Part shown: piece by piece, positions 16,152 through 25,442 of the stretch
How positions within the stretch are numbered: the first letter of the stretch is position 1
Layout: each line of letters starts with the position of its first letter
NCBI GenBank assembly: GCA_964631685.1
Contig: CAZVZU010000002.1
Location: 32,001 to 96,000 of the forward strand
Length of the DNA: 64,000 nucleotides
Direction: 5' to 3'
DNA from: an uncultured Actinomycetes bacterium
GTDB taxonomy: Bacteria; SZUA-79; Acidulodesulfobacterales; Acidulodesulfobacteraceae
Notes under the pieces: generated by a model
What the model saw: the letters and a program-made list of their open reading frames with translations, nothing else
Databases searched by the model: none
What the model was told of the DNA's origin: nothing
Translations under genes and position numbers: made by a program

Positions 16152-16919
16152 CTAATTTTCAAGTGTAAAACAAATTATATTGGAAACAAAATATATTGAC
16201 GCAACAAATGTACTCATGATGTGATTTGATAATTTTACTGACGTAATGTCGAATTTATCTGACAATTTAAGCTCCGAATTGGAAAAATCACCCTCTGGTC
16301 CCACAAATAAGCCGACGGAAAAATTATCAGGATAAGACTGGTTAAGAGAGGGCTTTTTAGACAACAGCAGATAGTCCTTTAAAAATATTCCGGCATCGGG
16401 AGATGCTATTAATTTAACATCAAAATTTTCGGCTAATTCAAATGAATCCCTTAAGCTTATGGGTTTACCTATTTTTGTTGAAAAGTTTTTACCGGCCAAA
16501 ATACATGCTCCCTTTGAAATCCTATTCCATTTTAAAAACTTATTATCCTTTTCTTTGTTACCTTTTGCCGATAAATCTATTGATCTCTCAGTAATTGTAG
16601 GATAGATTTTACTTATTTCCATTTCACATAATCTCGAAAGAAGCCTGCCAAACATATGAGATGCAATGATAGGCAAAAACAGAGTGATGTTAACACCCTT
16701 TTCCACACAGGTCTCTTTGGATATTAACTCAACTTGAGTTAATTTTTTTGAGATCTGAATAACTTTAGCCAGATAAACACCTCCAATCCCGTCGTATAAC
16801 CTGATTTCGTCACCCGCTTTTTTACGAAAGGCTTTTATATGGCTGGTTATCGAACTTAAAGCTATTTCTTTCCCCAGATAAGGACCGATGTCTTCCTCTG
16901 TATAAAATCTGTTGTGCAT
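16152..16919 (-). CDS. rsmE: 16S rRNA m3U1498 methyltransferase RsmE family (divergent)
   Basis: MHNRFY, H...FR...GD.I.L.DG, TERS and VGPEGDFS motifs. C-terminal motif is degenerate. Confidence 0.75.
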   Translation of the reverse strand: MHNRFYTEEDIGPYLGKEIALSSITSHIKAFRKKAGDEIRLYDGIGGVYLAKVIQISKKLTQVELISKETCVEKGVNITLFLPIIASHMFGRLLSRLCEMEISKIYPTITERSIDLSAKGNKEKDNKFLKWNRISKGACILAGKNFSTKIGKPISLRDSFELAENFDVKLIASPDAGIFLKDYLLLSKKPSLNQSYPDNFSVGLFVGPEGDFSNSELKLSDKFDITSVKLSNHIMSTFVASIYFVSNIICFTLEN

Positions 16920-16928
16920 TCTAAGAAC

Positions 16929-17495
16929 TCATTGATTTTTAACAAATTTAAGATAACAGCCCAAAAAATCGCAGTCTCTATAGCTTTTAGCTATTTTAAA
17001 ACCGTGGCTGATTATTAATTCCTTGTAAGCTTGCATATCCCTCTTGAACACTTCAAATTTAGGCTCCTTGATAGATAATACCCCATCTTGCTTTAATACG
17101 CGATATAGCTCGCTGACAGCTTCATCTTTTTTATCTATCTCATGAAACGAATAATAAAGAAACGCAAGGTCTATTTCCTTATCTTTTACTGAACTTAAAT
17201 TAGACGCGCTCTCAGTGCGAAAATCTACGTTATGCAGACATCCTCTCTTCCTTTGAGCCTTTTTTATCATCTTTTCCTGAACATCGACAGAAATCACGAA
17301 GCCTTTTTCTCCAACCGCTTTGGATAAAACAGGTGTTACGAATCCGCTACCGCAACCCGCCTCAAGGACATTCATACCCATCTTGACCCCCATAAATCCC
17401 ATCTCTTCATCCATGTTTTCAATCATACCTCGAAGTTTATTATCGATAACAAACGAGAAAAGGGGATTAAACAAGGTGTACGTCTTTAATTTCAT
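16929..17495 (-). CDS. Class I SAM-dependent methyltransferase
   Basis: VLEAGCGSG, VDVQEKMI and ELYRVLKQDG motifs. ATG 17495 follows SD AGGGG. Confidence 0.88.
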   Translation of the reverse strand: MKLKTYTLFNPLFSFVIDNKLRGMIENMDEEMGFMGVKMGMNVLEAGCGSGFVTPVLSKAVGEKGFVISVDVQEKMIKKAQRKRGCLHNVDFRTESASNLSSVKDKEIDLAFLYYSFHEIDKKDEAVSELYRVLKQDGVLSIKEPKFEVFKRDMQAYKELIISHGFKIAKSYRDCDFLGCYLKFVKNQ

Positions 17496-17582
17496 AATTA
17501 TAGACCCCCTGCTTTTATCCAAGATTAGTCAGACTAAAAGCAGGAGGTTGTGAGAAAATATATTTATTTAGAAATTTAATTT

Positions 17583-18164
17583 TTACTTTAATGAATTAAC
17601 GTAAGCAGTCAGAGCATTTATTTCACTCTTTGACATATGCCCCCTAAGAGCCATTCTATCACACATTGCAATCTTCTCTTTGAGTGTTATGTGAGTATGG
17701 TGCATTTTATTGGACACATTAACCTTTTTAGCTGCATTTTTAATAGACATTATAACCGCACCTCTTCCGTGTGCCTCCATATATGTACCGACACTATACA
17801 CGTGACAGGTAGCACATGAAAAACCGTTAGTCCCTATCGACTTAGAATAGAAAAGTTTTTTACCTTCAGCAATAAGTCTGCCTTTCATTGCATGCATCTT
17901 GGAATTCATCATTGTATTGCCTTTCATTGCATGCATCTTGGAATTCATCATTGTATTGCCTTTCATTGCATGCATCTTGGAATTCATCATTGTATTGCTA
18001 TTAACCTTTTTTTGACAAGCGTTTTTCATTTGATGCATCGCGCTTCCATGTTCTACAGTCATAGTTGCATTTGCAAAATTCAACGGAATAATAACAAACG
18101 TGGCTATAAGCATTAAAAATATAGTCAAAAAAAATCTTTGTGCATAACCTAATTTAGCCTTCAT
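17583..18164 (-). CDS. Exported monoheme cytochrome c (TsdA/SoxA-domain-like, probable His/Cys ligation) with Met-rich repeats
   Basis: Signal peptide ending ANA; GKKLF..GTNGFSCATCH; TLKEKIAMC; EINALTAY; (NTMMNSKMHAMKG)x3. Confidence 0.75.
   Translation of the reverse strand: MKAKLGYAQRFFLTIFLMLIATFVIIPLNFANATMTVEHGSAMHQMKNACQKKVNSNTMMNSKMHAMKGNTMMNSKMHAMKGNTMMNSKMHAMKGRLIAEGKKLFYSKSIGTNGFSCATCHVYSVGTYMEAHGRGAVIMSIKNAAKKVNVSNKMHHTHITLKEKIAMCDRMALRGHMSKSEINALTAYVNSLK
17880..17998. repeat. Three perfect in-frame 39-bp tandem repeats
   Basis: Unit GCCTTTCATTGCATGCATCTTGGAATTCATCATTGTATT at 17880, 17919 and 17958. Confidence 0.97.
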
Positions 18165-18226
18165 AAAACCTCCCTACACTTATGTTGAATTGTTCTGTTA
18201 CCTTCCAATTTACTACATTTATCTAT

Positions 18227-18254
18227 ATTATACATTGAAAATACGCTTTTTCAA
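18227..18254 (-). promoter_or_regulatory. Possible sigma70 promoter of the monoheme cytochrome (TTGAAA-N16-TATAAT)
   Basis: -35 at 18254-18249, -10 at 18232-18227. Confidence 0.45.
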
Positions 18255-18272
18255 ACCGCAAAATGCAGTGAA

Positions 18273-19139
18273 TTATCTAATGAAATAGGCGATATCATTA
18301 CAGTATTTATTGAGGGCACTCTTCCAATGTCTTAATTCTATACCATAGTCCTTTCCTATTTTTGAGTTATCCAATATGCCACAAGCCGGTCTTTTTGCCG
18401 GTCTATTAACCTTATCGGCGTTTATTGGCAAGATTTCACATTTTGTTCTTTTGAATACATTCATTATTTCAAGTGCAAATTCATACCAAGAAGCCGAACC
18501 ACTATTAGTCAAATGATAGACCTCGTTTTTTGAATTATCTTTGGTAATAATTTCATATATTGCATAAGCCACATCCTTCGTGTATGTGGGTGCCCCCCGC
18601 TGATCGTTAACCACCTCTATCTTTTTTTGACTATCGGCTAGTTTTAGCATCGTATTTACAAAATTTTTTCCATTTTTTCCGTATAGCCAAGATGTGCGGA
18701 GGATTATATAACTTGCGCCGGAATTTTTTATAGCATTTTCGCCATTCAGCTTAGATAAGCCATACACATTTATTGGGCTTACTTCATCACATTCAAGGTA
18801 AGATGCCCCCTTTGTCCCGTCGAATACGTAATCCGTACTTAGATGCACCATTCTTGAACTCAACATCAACGCAGTTTCAGCTAAATTTTTAGCTCCGAGA
18901 TGATTAACCGCATCCGCCTTCTCTGCTTCTTTTTCGGCTAAGTCGACATTGGTATATGCGGCGCAGTTTATCATGTAATCCGGTTTAAACCGACCCAACG
19001 CACTCATAGTCATCTTTGCATCCGTTATATCTAAATTTATAGAGTTGAAGTTTTTTATTATAAAACCAGCTCCTTTTAGAACGATATTAACATCAATGCC
19101 CAACATTCCGGTTGAGCCGATCAGCGCTACTCTTAACAT
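18273..19139 (-). CDS. rfbD: dTDP-4-dehydrorhamnose reductase
   Basis: GSTGMLG, NCAAYTNVD, STDYVFDG and YGLSK motifs; TAATG coupling to rfbB. Confidence 0.95.
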   Translation of the reverse strand: MLRVALIGSTGMLGIDVNIVLKGAGFIIKNFNSINLDITDAKMTMSALGRFKPDYMINCAAYTNVDLAEKEAEKADAVNHLGAKNLAETALMLSSRMVHLSTDYVFDGTKGASYLECDEVSPINVYGLSKLNGENAIKNSGASYIILRTSWLYGKNGKNFVNTMLKLADSQKKIEVVNDQRGAPTYTKDVAYAIYEIITKDNSKNEVYHLTNSGSASWYEFALEIMNVFKRTKCEILPINADKVNRPAKRPACGILDNSKIGKDYGIELRHWKSALNKYCNDIAYFIR

Positions 19140-20170
19140 TAAAGCTCACCACCTGTGTTATACATCATTTTATAATATTCCTTATAATCGCCTGATAATA
19201 TTTCTTTCCACCAATTCTCATTATTTAAATACCAATCTATTGTTAAAGCAAGATCTTTTTTTATAGTATGCTCAGGTAAAAATTCCATCTCTTTGGTAAT
19301 TTTAGCAAAATCTATAGCATATCTTCTATCATGCCCCAGCCTATCCTTAACCTGTTTTACTAAAGAAAGGGGTTTATTTAGCTTATTCAAGATGAATTTT
19401 ATTATATCTATATTTTCCATTTCGGAATCGCCGCCTATATTATACACATCCCCCGCCTTGCCATTTTCTAGAACGGCCCATATACCTTTAACATGGTCCA
19501 GTACATATATCCAGTCCCTAATATTTTTTCCATCCCCGTAAAGCGGTATCGTCTTATTATTTAGTGCATTTATAATTACTAGAGGGATTAATTTTTCCGG
19601 AAATTGATAAGGCCCATAATTATTAGAACATCTTGATATTAAAATAGGCATGTTATAAGTGTGGAAAAAAGACATCACCAGCATGTCTGCCGAGGCTTTT
19701 GAAGCAGAATAAGGGCTTCGCGGCGCAAGGGGGGTTGTTTCGCTAAATTTACCATTCTTTCCTAGGGAGCCGTAAACCTCATCCGTAGAAACCTGTAGAA
19801 ATTTCTTAACAGAATGCTTGAGCGAAAACTCCAACAGGTTCAGTGTTCCTTTCACGTTGGTTTCTATAAAAATACCAGGGCTCATGATTGACCTGTCGAC
19901 ATGGGACTCTGCAGCAAAATTAATAACATAATCAATACTGTTTTCATTAAAAACAGTAGATAAAGCCGCCTTATCAGTAATATCTATCTTATAAAATGTG
20001 TAATTCGCGAGATTATCAGGCAAATTTTTGAGATTTGCAGCGTAGGTTAGTTTATCAACATTGACTATGTTAATACCTTTTTTTTCTTTATTAATATACC
20101 TTATAAAATTTGACCCGATAAACCCAAATCCTCCGGTTACAAGACACGTTTTCATAAAATGTTTCTCCAT
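19139..20170 (-). CDS. rfbB: dTDP-glucose 4,6-dehydratase
   Basis: TGGFGFIGSNF, AAESHVDRSI, STDEVYG and YSASK motifs. Confidence 0.96.
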   Translation of the reverse strand: MEKHFMKTCLVTGGFGFIGSNFIRYINKEKKGINIVNVDKLTYAANLKNLPDNLANYTFYKIDITDKAALSTVFNENSIDYVINFAAESHVDRSIMSPGIFIETNVKGTLNLLEFSLKHSVKKFLQVSTDEVYGSLGKNGKFSETTPLAPRSPYSASKASADMLVMSFFHTYNMPILISRCSNNYGPYQFPEKLIPLVIINALNNKTIPLYGDGKNIRDWIYVLDHVKGIWAVLENGKAGDVYNIGGDSEMENIDIIKFILNKLNKPLSLVKQVKDRLGHDRRYAIDFAKITKEMEFLPEHTIKKDLALTIDWYLNNENWWKEILSGDYKEYYKMMYNTGGEL

Positions 20171-20178
20171 TCTACTCT

Positions 20179-22491
20179 TTAAAAACTTTTGTTAAAATTA
20201 GGCCCACTTATGGTTAAGTTGCTATGCGATGCACCTGGTGAAATCATATTACCAAAACCATATGTTCCGATTCCTCTTAGCATTATACCAAAAGAAAAAG
20301 CCCATTGATGAAAATATGGCAGGTTCATATAACTAGCGATAAAACCGATACATCCATTTTGATAAACCACCCCTATGGAGTTTGATACATCTTTATGTAT
20401 TGTTAAATCTATATTTTCGGACGTGTTTATGCTGAAACCATGTGAAATTCGTAAATTTGCCGATAAACTGGTATAGGAAAAAGTGTTAAGATTCGTTATA
20501 AGGGACAACGTAGCTGGGAAAAGTGCAGTATTTGTAGGATTAAACATATTTAACGCCGAAAGATACCCTCGTATATCATTGACCTCTGTGTATCCGATGC
20601 TCAAGGAATCCCCTCTATAATCCGTTACCACGGAATTAATATTATAATTATGAAAAATATAATTATAATCATCATAACTGCCATTTCCCAACAAATAAAA
20701 GTTTGAGAACGGGTGTATCTTTATCCTAGCAATTACATCAGAATTTGAATTATCATAGTTGAAATAGTTTATAGGATTAATAAAATTTCCTGAAATGGAA
20801 TGATACTGATAAAGGCTAAATCTTAATAAATTATCTATCTTTTGGTTTGAATACCCTTCTAAATTAAAATCTAAACCATATTTTAATGCGCTTTCATGAG
20901 GAATATAATCGGTCTGGTCAATTAGAGGGATTCCTGTTTGATTCACAGGCCTTATAAGATAATAATTTATGTAAGGTGTCACAAAGAGCAAAAACCCTGA
21001 GTTATCTTTATTTGATTTAATATACTTTTTATAGAACGTTACATTATCGTTTAAGGATGCGTAATAAATTTCCCTATTTCTACTCGATAAAGAAATGTTT
21101 GTATGACCATCTCTTACATCATAATATCCCGTATACCTAACACCGACCTTGGGAGTAATATGGACCCCGTCAATAATATTTAACGGTAAATAAACCTCCG
21201 GAAATAAATCTAGCCTATTCTCGTTCAAATAGCTCGCACTCCTAAAAATATCTATTGACGACTTAAGATTCAAGTACAAAGGATTATTTAATAAACTTCC
21301 AATTTTAGATTCTCCTCTAAAATAGATGGACGGATACTTATTCACCGTTGTGTAATTTGGAAAAAATAAATTATCGAGTCTTAGAAAGTTAATTCTCGCA
21401 GAATAACTGCCAAAATTGTCGGTAACTGAAATATTAGACGAAAGCCTATGTTTTGCCATATGATAAACATCTGTTGAAAAATCATAATAAAAAGCTGGCT
21501 CCGACGGGACATTAATGTTTATTTTAATAGACAAACCATCTAAAAAATCCATATTATGCGAAAATAATAAATATCTTGTAAGATCCGGCGATAACGCACG
21601 ACTTTTTGGATTATTATGTTCTTTCATATAAAATCCATAAATAAAACCATGAGAATAGGGATTAAGACTGTATCTATACTTTAATGAATTACCGATACCC
21701 AAAAAACTGTAATTATTGAGATAATAGGACAAATCCTGCGAATTACCTAAATTCAAATAATATCCGTCCCTAATCTGATACCCTGTGAGAGCACTATATC
21801 CCATCGTTGGAATTAAAAGTCCCGACGATTTTTTCGTCTTGATGGGCATGATCATAATAGGTAAATATAAAACAGGAATACCATGGATGTAAAAAACAGA
21901 ATTGTAGGAAAATGCATATTTACCAAGATAGATATCGGAAAATCCGGAAGATATTTTCCATGAAGGGTGTTTTCTAGAGCAAGATGTTAGATAACCATCT
22001 TTGACCTGATAGAACCCTTTGTCTTTATGATAAATTTTCTTCCCATAAACATATATGTTTCTCTTAAGATAATGTATATGTGAATCATACATGACACCAA
22101 ATTCATTGTGCAGATATACTTTTAACTTCTTGGCTTTTGTCAGTGTGCCTTTAGAATAAACTATGACGTTTCCGGTTGCAATTGCAAAATCAGTTTTGTC
22201 GTAATATATTACCTTATCGGCTTTTAAGCGGAAATCTTTCTTCGTTATCACAACATTACCCGTGATAATATAAGAGTGGTTACTCTTGTCGTAAACTATC
22301 TTACTTGCAGAAATACTTGTAGGTAAACCTATTTTATTGTTTTGGTGCTTGGCAATAGCAAACACCTGCCTGGCACTAAAAATACACAATGCGGCAACTA
22401 TACAGAAAAAAAACAAGGTTACTTTTTTATGATAGGGCATAGGTCTTTTTATAAATTTTTTATTTGAGAACTGTTTTTTTGAAATCTCCAA
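20179..22491 (-). CDS. lptD: LPS assembly outer-membrane protein LptD
   Basis: N-terminal OstA-like jellyroll (A.GNV), TSC...P.W, P..YLP..P...SG.LIP, aromatic-rich beta-barrel with C-terminal Cys. Confidence 0.8.
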   Translation of the reverse strand: MEISKKQFSNKKFIKRPMPYHKKVTLFFFCIVAALCIFSARQVFAIAKHQNNKIGLPTSISASKIVYDKSNHSYIITGNVVITKKDFRLKADKVIYYDKTDFAIATGNVIVYSKGTLTKAKKLKVYLHNEFGVMYDSHIHYLKRNIYVYGKKIYHKDKGFYQVKDGYLTSCSRKHPSWKISSGFSDIYLGKYAFSYNSVFYIHGIPVLYLPIMIMPIKTKKSSGLLIPTMGYSALTGYQIRDGYYLNLGNSQDLSYYLNNYSFLGIGNSLKYRYSLNPYSHGFIYGFYMKEHNNPKSRALSPDLTRYLLFSHNMDFLDGLSIKININVPSEPAFYYDFSTDVYHMAKHRLSSNISVTDNFGSYSARINFLRLDNLFFPNYTTVNKYPSIYFRGESKIGSLLNNPLYLNLKSSIDIFRSASYLNENRLDLFPEVYLPLNIIDGVHITPKVGVRYTGYYDVRDGHTNISLSSRNREIYYASLNDNVTFYKKYIKSNKDNSGFLLFVTPYINYYLIRPVNQTGIPLIDQTDYIPHESALKYGLDFNLEGYSNQKIDNLLRFSLYQYHSISGNFINPINYFNYDNSNSDVIARIKIHPFSNFYLLGNGSYDDYNYIFHNYNINSVVTDYRGDSLSIGYTEVNDIRGYLSALNMFNPTNTALFPATLSLITNLNTFSYTSLSANLRISHGFSINTSENIDLTIHKDVSNSIGVVYQNGCIGFIASYMNLPYFHQWAFSFGIMLRGIGTYGFGNMISPGASHSNLTISGPNFNKSF

Positions 22492-23752
22492 CGAGATAAA
22501 GCGAACCGCAAATAAGTATTAAATCATTTTCTTCCTTATTTTGAAAAGCTAAATTTAATCCTTGTTTTATATTTTTTGCACAAAACACTTTTTTAAAATA
22601 ATTATGCTTATCGGAAAGAGCTACCATTTCGTTTGTGTTTTCAACTCTATTGTTATTCAAGCCGGTAAAAATCATGGTACAGTTTAAAGCCGACAACCTT
22701 CTTAACATTATTTTATAATTCTTGTCCTTCATAACAGCAAAGATTACGATAAACCGTCTGTTTGCGAAATTTTGTTTTAGCGATATAAGAAGGTTTTTAA
22801 TCCCGTCAGGATTGTGCGCTCCGTCTAAAATTAAAGTAGAGTCTTTATAATTTATAACCTCGAATCGACCCTCATTGCTAAACTTGGACACGCCTATTTT
22901 GACTAAATCTTCTTTGATATCTAACCTTAAAATTTTACTGTGATAACTACATAGAATTTCTAGGGATAAAAGCGCGAGACCTAAATTGTATTTTTGATAC
23001 AATGCCTGGGTATTTAACCTTAGACCTCTTAGGGTTAATTTTAAACCCTTATAATTATAAACGTTCTTTACCCTATAGAGTTTTACCATGTCAACTGAAA
23101 AAAAGGGCACAGCCAGACTTAAGGCGCGCTCCTTTATAAGTGCTTTTATCTTACCTTTTCTTTCCCCCGTGACCATTAACGACCCCTTTTTTATAATTCC
23201 GGCTTTATCTGAAGCAATTTTTTCTACAGAATGCCCCAGGACATCTCTATGATCCATCGATACGTTCGTAATCACCGAAAGAAGCGGATTTCTAATTATA
23301 TTCGTCGCATCCAACCTCCCTCCGAGTCCCGCCTCTATAACGGCTACATCCACACACTGTTCCTCAAAATATTTGAAGCACACTGCGGTAGTAAATTCAA
23401 AAAACGACACATCCCCTAATGTCGCAAATTCCTTATTGTCCCGGATAAGTTTTTTAAAAAAAAGATCCAGCCTTTCCACGTCACAATCTCTTATCTTTTC
23501 GTTATCAACCGTTATCCTTTCGTTAAATGTTACGAGGTGGGGCGAAGTATAAAGTCCTGCTTTTAAGCCGTGTTCCTTTAATATTGTACATATAAACTTA
23601 CCTACCGAACCTTTCCCGTTAGTTCCTGCTATATGTATTATTTTTAGCTTGTCCTGCGGATTACCTGCATGACCCAATAATGTACTTATCCTTTCAAGTC
23701 CTAGATTTACGATAAAACCCGTTTTACCGTAAGCAACATCTAATTTACTCAT
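22460..23752 (-). CDS. folC: Bifunctional folylpolyglutamate synthase / dihydrofolate synthase
   Basis: HIAGTNGKGS, YTSPHL, EAGLGGRLDATN, DGAHNPDG and GSLYLVG motifs. Confidence 0.96.
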   Translation of the reverse strand: MSKLDVAYGKTGFIVNLGLERISTLLGHAGNPQDKLKIIHIAGTNGKGSVGKFICTILKEHGLKAGLYTSPHLVTFNERITVDNEKIRDCDVERLDLFFKKLIRDNKEFATLGDVSFFEFTTAVCFKYFEEQCVDVAVIEAGLGGRLDATNIIRNPLLSVITNVSMDHRDVLGHSVEKIASDKAGIIKKGSLMVTGERKGKIKALIKERALSLAVPFFSVDMVKLYRVKNVYNYKGLKLTLRGLRLNTQALYQKYNLGLALLSLEILCSYHSKILRLDIKEDLVKIGVSKFSNEGRFEVINYKDSTLILDGAHNPDGIKNLLISLKQNFANRRFIVIFAVMKDKNYKIMLRRLSALNCTMIFTGLNNNRVENTNEMVALSDKHNYFKKVFCAKNIKQGLNLAFQNKEENDLILICGSLYLVGDFKKTVLK

Positions 23753-24584
23753 TTATGAGAAGAAGCAAAAGATTTTTTAGTACGCTTTTCATATCCTTTC
23801 TTTCTACTATCATATCTATCATACCGTGCTCCAGAAGATACTCTGACTTTTGAAAACCATCAGGAAGGCTTTGATGAATAGTCTTTTCTATAACCCTTGG
23901 GCCGGCAAAACCTATTAATGCTTTGGGTTCTGCAATGATAATATCGCCCAAATTTGCAAAACTCGCGGATACACCACCGGTAGTAGGGTCTGTTACAATG
24001 GATAAATAAGGAAGGGCAATCTTTCTAAATTCAGATACAAGAGCCACTGTTTTAGCCATCTGCATAAGAGAAAAAATACCTTCCTGCATTCTGGCGCCAC
24101 CGGAAGAGGAAAAGATTATCATCGGAAGTTTTTCTTTGATGGCATGCCTAAAGGTCTTTGCGATCTTTTCTCCCACAACCCTTCCCATAGACCCTCCCAT
24201 AAAATTAAAATCCAATATCGTAGTTGCAGTTTTTATTTTGTCTATGGTTCCCTCACCCGAAACGGCTGCGTCCAATAAACCTGTTTTTTTACCGTCTTCT
24301 TTGAGTCTATCCTTATATTTTTTCGTATCAGTAAAATCAAGCAAATCCTGCGGGGCAATATCTTCAAAAAGTTCCTTAAAGCTACCCTTATCAAATGTTA
24401 TTTCAATTCTCCTTCTTGCACTGATTCTAAAGTGATGATTGCATTTCGGACAAACATCAAGGTTTCTCCCGAGCTCTTTGTTATAAATAATTTCACTGCA
24501 TCCGGGACACTTTATCCACAAGCCTTCGGGTATGACCGGCTTATTTTGCCCTTTTTTTCCGTTTTTCGACTTAAATAAAAGCAT
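23745..24584 (-). CDS. accD: Acetyl-CoA carboxylase carboxyltransferase beta subunit
   Basis: GLWIKCPGC..CPKC zinc ribbon, FMGGSMG, SGGARMQEG and GFAGPRVI. Confidence 0.97.
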   Translation of the reverse strand: MLLFKSKNGKKGQNKPVIPEGLWIKCPGCSEIIYNKELGRNLDVCPKCNHHFRISARRRIEITFDKGSFKELFEDIAPQDLLDFTDTKKYKDRLKEDGKKTGLLDAAVSGEGTIDKIKTATTILDFNFMGGSMGRVVGEKIAKTFRHAIKEKLPMIIFSSSGGARMQEGIFSLMQMAKTVALVSEFRKIALPYLSIVTDPTTGGVSASFANLGDIIIAEPKALIGFAGPRVIEKTIHQSLPDGFQKSEYLLEHGMIDMIVERKDMKSVLKNLLLLLINE

Positions 24585-24597
24585 AATTTAATGTATG

Positions 24598-25401
24598 TTA
24601 TGTGAGATTAGCCCTAATATTTGACGCAAACACGGCTATCTCGCTTAATATCTTTTTCTTATTATTAAGGTTATTTTCTATAAATCGTATAATCTTTGAT
24701 CCTATTATAACGGCATCGGCATATCTCCCCACCTCTTTTGCCTGCTCCGCGGAGGATATTCCAAAGCCTATACCTACAGGGATATTGCTTATCTTTTTAA
24801 TATCATCTACCCTGGAACGAAGATGGGAAGGCAGTGCCCCCCTCGCCCCGGTAACCCCCGTAACACTAACATAATACACGAATCCCTTAGCATATGACAA
24901 TACATATTTCATTCTAAGCGCGTCCGTTGTGGGCGCAAGCAGAAAAATCTGATATATTCCTTTTTTTCGAATATGCCTAGCTAGCTCACCACACTCTTCC
25001 GGGGGTAAATCTACTATTAACACACCGTCAATACCCGCATTATGAGCATCACCCGCGAAATCAATCCCCAAAACAAAAACGGGATTGTAGTATGTAAAAA
25101 GTATTACAGGAATATCCTTGTATGCCTTGAGCCTTTTTGCAAAATCAAAGGCATCCTGCATTGAAATTCTATTTTTTAACGCCCTTTCATACGATTTTTG
25201 TATAACCTTTCCATCAGCCATAGGATCAGAAAAAGGGAAACCCAATTCAATTATGTCTGCCCCATTATCTATTAATGTTTTGGCTATTTCAAACGATGTC
25301 TCGATATCAGGGTCTCCTATGGATATGAATGGTATAAAAGCCGTTCGTCCCGCAACCCTTAACTCGTTGAAACAAGTATCTATTTTATTCATTTTTACCA
25401 T
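24598..25401 (-). CDS. trpA: Tryptophan synthase alpha chain
   Basis: ELGFPFSDPMADG, VDLPPEE, GVTG and GFGIS motifs. Confidence 0.97.
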   Translation of the reverse strand: MVKMNKIDTCFNELRVAGRTAFIPFISIGDPDIETSFEIAKTLIDNGADIIELGFPFSDPMADGKVIQKSYERALKNRISMQDAFDFAKRLKAYKDIPVILFTYYNPVFVLGIDFAGDAHNAGIDGVLIVDLPPEECGELARHIRKKGIYQIFLLAPTTDALRMKYVLSYAKGFVYYVSVTGVTGARGALPSHLRSRVDDIKKISNIPVGIGFGISSAEQAKEVGRYADAVIIGSKIIRFIENNLNNKKKILSEIAVFASNIRANLT

Positions 25402-25442
25402 TTTTTACTTATATCCATGCCCTGAGGCAGAGAGAGTTAAAT

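Noticed and set aside
17880..17998. CRISPR array
   Set aside because: The 39-bp units abut with no spacers, lie in frame inside a CDS, and there are no cas genes.
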